The notes under the pieces: generated by a model
The model's database searches: none
The model's input: the letters and a program-made list of their open reading frames with translations, nothing else
Told to the model about the DNA's origin: nothing
Origin: a bacterium
GTDB lineage: Bacteria; Fidelibacterota; Marinisomatia; Marinisomatales; UBA1611
Assembly: GCA_038127595.1 (NCBI GenBank)
Contig: JAYPIC010000012.1
Coordinates: 1 to 41,026, forward strand
Length of the DNA: 41,026 nt
Reading direction: 5' to 3'
Shown: piece after piece, positions 39,101-41,026 of the stretch
Position numbering within the stretch: the stretch's first letter is position 1
How the letters are laid out: each line of letters begins with the position of its first letter
Position numbers and translations under genes: made by a program

Positions 39101-39706
39101 TGACCTTTTATTTGGAAAAAAATTAATTGACTCTCTATTACCTGTTTCAATTAACTCAACCTCAATATCCATAAATTCTTCTAGTCGTTTTTCTTGAGGA
39201 AAGTAGCGAAAAGGTGAAACTGTGAGTGAAACCAAGGAAAGCTCTCTCATAGCCATTGGCTCAGATAATAAGGCAATATTAGTTGGATAAAAACTCTCAA
39301 TATTTGAATAATTAGACTCAGATATGCTTTGATCAGAACCAAGTTCATTCCAATCTCCTTTTGGAGCAATATCAATATTTTCAATTACTCTGGATGATCC
39401 ATAAGAAACCTGTAGAGAATAACTCTTTGAAGGGTCAACTGCGATAAATGTTGTGCGAGAGGGTAAGTCAGGAGCACCAACTGCTGATATTGAACTAGAG
39501 TTACTAAAATTTGGTTTTTTGTATGCTTTTCCATTTTTGTCGGATACGACGTCAAAGGCATACTCTGGGTTAGTAAATTTAACTAGTGCGTTACCGTTAT
39601 TTTTACCAGTATAATTAAACCCATTATCTTCAGTTATGCTTGACGGACTTTCTGCGCCAATTAAAAAACAAAATATATATGATGAAATTATTATTTTAAA
39701 TTTCAT
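36101..39706 (-). CDS. C25 (gingipain-like) peptidase homologue with propeptide, Ig-like/nidogen-like domains and C-terminal dockerin-like domain
   Basis: Propeptide (G.PDLP, VSPFRY), WKRRMG, IIGDA, PELFVGRLS, NYRGFY...VITCGTG, NSLMGD; CSNGW..VFWDDL; tail GDLNTDGMIDVNDL...ADINSDGMVNILD. Confidence 0.88.
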   Translation of the reverse strand: MKFKIIISSYIFCFLIGAESPSSITEDNGFNYTGKNNGNALVKFTNPEYAFDVVSDKNGKAYKKPNFSNSSSISAVGAPDLPSRTTFIAVDPSKSYSLQVSYGSSRVIENIDIAPKGDWNELGSDQSISESNYSNIESFYPTNIALLSEPMAMRELSLVSLTVSPFRYFPQEKRLEEFMDIEVELIETGNRESINFFPNKRSRAFEPLYESLVENYSSLNRENIPYQRPSILYVLPNNIGNLLGTVEVLMDWKRRMGYEVNYVSSSAIVNNANNLKNYIETAYEAWDSPPEYVTIIGDAEGSYDIPTHFENWSGYNGEGDHPYATLVGNDLFPELFVGRLSFDSQSHLQTIISKTVNYESNPYMGENWFKRAALIGDPSTSGVSCVITNDNIKEVLQNHGYEDIRTVYGGDFPSQMTSNLSDGLAFFNYRGFYGVSGYTSADVGDANNGFMLPIATVITCGTGSFGTEESISEAFLRAGTASNPKAAVASIGTATLGTHTMFNNMVDMGFYHGALVQNINSVGGALMAGKLWLSRAYPTNPNQWVSTFTHWNSLMGDASLQMWTDYPEMLNVAHPYSITKGTNFIDFTLTNSGGNPIADAWITIYKEGSILESGYSDSNGQVRLIIPTIEEGEVLVTVTKKNHYPYQSSFQIYNPGASVNVFSEEISFTENGLGSSEGNGDGQINSGEVVDLIIPVSNYGNANATQITGTLTSENANVTIINDSFYYGDIGLIGMVSNESNPYTFNVSNSVTDESIIKLMLTLSNDSGYVSTGYLELEVAGKNLYAYSINVTGSSQDVLSSGQTSNVHIELHNIGSTTAQNITGVITSASQAIEIIDNTASWSSIYPNSFGSSSNSGDSFVIEAKEDIIPGTIANIIVSLSSEDGYSNTSVIPLQIGIPTETDPMGPDDYGYYIYDSGDIDYLIAPSYEWIEIDSRYDGNGSHLSSLSDNGDNGDDVETVNLPFNFRFYGQDYERLSICSNGWIAFGETTLSSFRNYPLPGAGGPGKMVAVFWDDLKTTNSGRVYTWYDEINKLFIVQWSRVRTFQNNTSETFQVILRDPMYYTTPTGDGEILIQYLDFNNNTTGSYSWSQIHGNYCTVGIEDHTMTRGLEYTFNNSYADAAMPLSDGTAILITTRGSEMRLDGDLNTDGMIDVNDLLILIDHIVADQTNFNPYLADINSDGMVNILDMVRLIQIVMGYDQ

Positions 39707-39719
39707 TTCTACTTCTCTT

Positions 39720-40373
39720 TTAATTAATAATTAAATAATGAAATATATTAGGAAAATAAACACTTCCAATAAAGGTTACAAGACCTGCTATTGCTAAATA
39801 AGGGGCAAATGGAAGAGCCCTGTCTCTATCAAATCCGTTTATAATTGCTAATATAATCCAAACTACTAAAGATAATAATGAAGCGCCAAATAGTGTAAGT
39901 GCCATTCTCATTGGGCCCAGCCAAATGCCAAGAACAAATCCCAGCTGAATATCTCCATATCCCATGCCTTGTCTCTTGGTTATCAAGAAAATAAACCAGA
40001 TTAATAATAGTGGAATTACTGAGCCTACAATTACGCCATAAATAGCTGTTTTATAATTAATTTCTCCAGCAATCACACCATATATAACCACAACGGAGCC
40101 TACAATAATAAAAATAAGTGGAATCTGAAATGTGTGAAAATCAACCCAGCTTATTGCAAATAATATCCCTGCAAGTAAACTAAAAATTATTCCTTCCATT
40201 GAATTCAGAGTGCTCATACCCCATGTCCAGGACATTAGACAAAACAACTCCAGCTTAAGATCATTATTGGGAATAGTAAAACCATCTACCTTTAACCAAT
40301 TAACTGTTGATTTTAAGAGCCTAGCATAAATAATGCTTAAAATTGAAATTAAAAATATATTTATACTATCCAC
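39720..40373 (-). CDS. A24 prepilin peptidase lacking the N-terminal Cys/Zn domain
   Basis: Catalytic Asp motifs VDFHTFQIP and GMGYGD, C-terminal LPFAPYL; GTG start overlapping the upstream stop. Confidence 0.88.
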   Translation of the reverse strand: MDSINIFLISILSIIYARLLKSTVNWLKVDGFTIPNNDLKLELFCLMSWTWGMSTLNSMEGIIFSLLAGILFAISWVDFHTFQIPLIFIIVGSVVVIYGVIAGEINYKTAIYGVIVGSVIPLLLIWFIFLITKRQGMGYGDIQLGFVLGIWLGPMRMALTLFGASLLSLVVWIILAIINGFDRDRALPFAPYLAIAGLVTFIGSVYFPNIFHYLIIN

Positions 40374-41026
40374 TACAAACCCGACTGTAACGCTGAACCC
40401 AAGTGAAACACAGGTAAATACGTTAGTACAACCATAAGAGCAATCACACCTCCAACCATTAGGATCAAAAGGGGCTCAATTAAGGTCGTCATTCTTTCGA
40501 CAAGGGCGTTTACCTGCTTATGATAATAATCTGCTGCTCTGTCTAACAAATCATCTATTTCACCCGTTTCCTCACCAGTAGAAACTAATTGAAGTAAAAT
40601 TGATGGAAAGATCTCCGTTCTTCTCAAAGCTGTTGAAATGTTGTAACCATCTCGAATGTAGTTTGAAGCGTCTTCAACTGCCTTTTCATAAACCTTATTA
40701 CCTACAACTTTTTTCAATAAGGCCATTGCCTCAAGAACGGGAACACCTGCACCAATTAAAATTCCGAATGTCTTACAGAATTTATTTAGTATTGATTGAT
40801 CTAATAGACTACCAAAGACAGGAATTTTGAGCTTAATAGAATCAAGCACAAACCCTCCACGTTGCGTTTTGGATATCAAAAAGACTGTCAAAAACACCAG
40901 GATAAAATTAAAAAACATAAAACCAAGATTATCGGTTACCCAGGCACTAGAATAAATCATTTTCTGTGTAGAACCCGGAATCGAAGCACAAAGTATAGAA
41001 TAAACTAAGGAAAATATTTGAAAAAT
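40373..41026 (-). CDS. Type IV pilus/T2SS inner-membrane platform protein PilC/GspF, 5' end outside window
   Basis: LKIPVFG, AGVP, GEETG, YY..QV, LIEP, YLPVF; frame open from the window edge, so ATG 40960 is internal. Confidence 0.92.
   Translation of the reverse strand: MFQIFSLVYSILCASIPGSTQKMIYSSAWVTDNLGFMFFNFILVFLTVFLISKTQRGGFVLDSIKLKIPVFGSLLDQSILNKFCKTFGILIGAGVPVLEAMALLKKVVGNKVYEKAVEDASNYIRDGYNISTALRRTEIFPSILLQLVSTGEETGEIDDLLDRAADYYHKQVNALVERMTTLIEPLLILMVGGVIALMVVLTYLPVFHLGSALQSGL

Noticed and set aside
21104..40830. Plus-strand ORFs within the right-hand run (21104, 26300, 29048, 33526, 34445, 40600)
   Set aside because: Antisense shadows of strongly supported minus-strand genes.
40961..41026. 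Atypical PilC residues at the window edge (IFQIFSLVYSILCASIPGST) as a pseudogene or variant
   Set aside because: The frame is open; the oddities are confined to the last bases and may be contig-end sequence error. Not judgeable without reads.
1..41026. tRNA, rRNA, riboswitch, CRISPR, integrase/transposase or defence systems
   Set aside because: Intergenic gaps are at most about 135 nt with no such structure, and no ORF carries the relevant motifs; the DinG fusion has no cas neighbours.

Overview
AT-rich, very tightly packed bacterial chromosome segment. Gene content (T9SS-type C-terminal sorting domains, a dockerin-like tail, C25 peptidase homologues, a DUF5683-like protein) points to an FCB-superphylum diderm, most plausibly a Marinimicrobia (Marinisomatota)-like lineage; this taxonomy is inference. 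The left half (1-17921) is mostly housekeeping: GT9 glycosyltransferase, polyprenyl synthase, tatC, meaB, rpsT, guaB, hutH, DnaQ-DinG fusion, geranylgeranyl reductase, a UbiA-like membrane protein, NSS transporter, RidA, alaS and a beta-barrel with Ca-binding repeats. A short plus-strand unit (18030-20628) includes a 37-aa ORF missing from the ORF track and a secreted gluzincin. The right half (20620-41026) is one minus-strand run with tiny gaps or overlaps. In transcription order it reads: PilC/GspF, prepilin peptidase, C25+dockerin, pgsB, pgsC, pgsW, a strongly basic two-domain exported protein, an outer-membrane beta-barrel, a propeller lipoprotein, a repeat protein with CTD, an M14 carboxypeptidase with CTD, C25+CTD, glutaredoxin and a lipoprotein. 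The best candidate for an undescribed system is this diderm poly-gamma-glutamate locus. It has no capA/capD/capE in the window, carries a possible periplasm and outer-membrane export module, and is flanked by two gingipain-like proteins lacking the canonical catalytic His. A TTGWnn-N18-TAAWTT promoter-like motif recurs four times. No rRNA, tRNA, CRISPR array or mobile element was seen.
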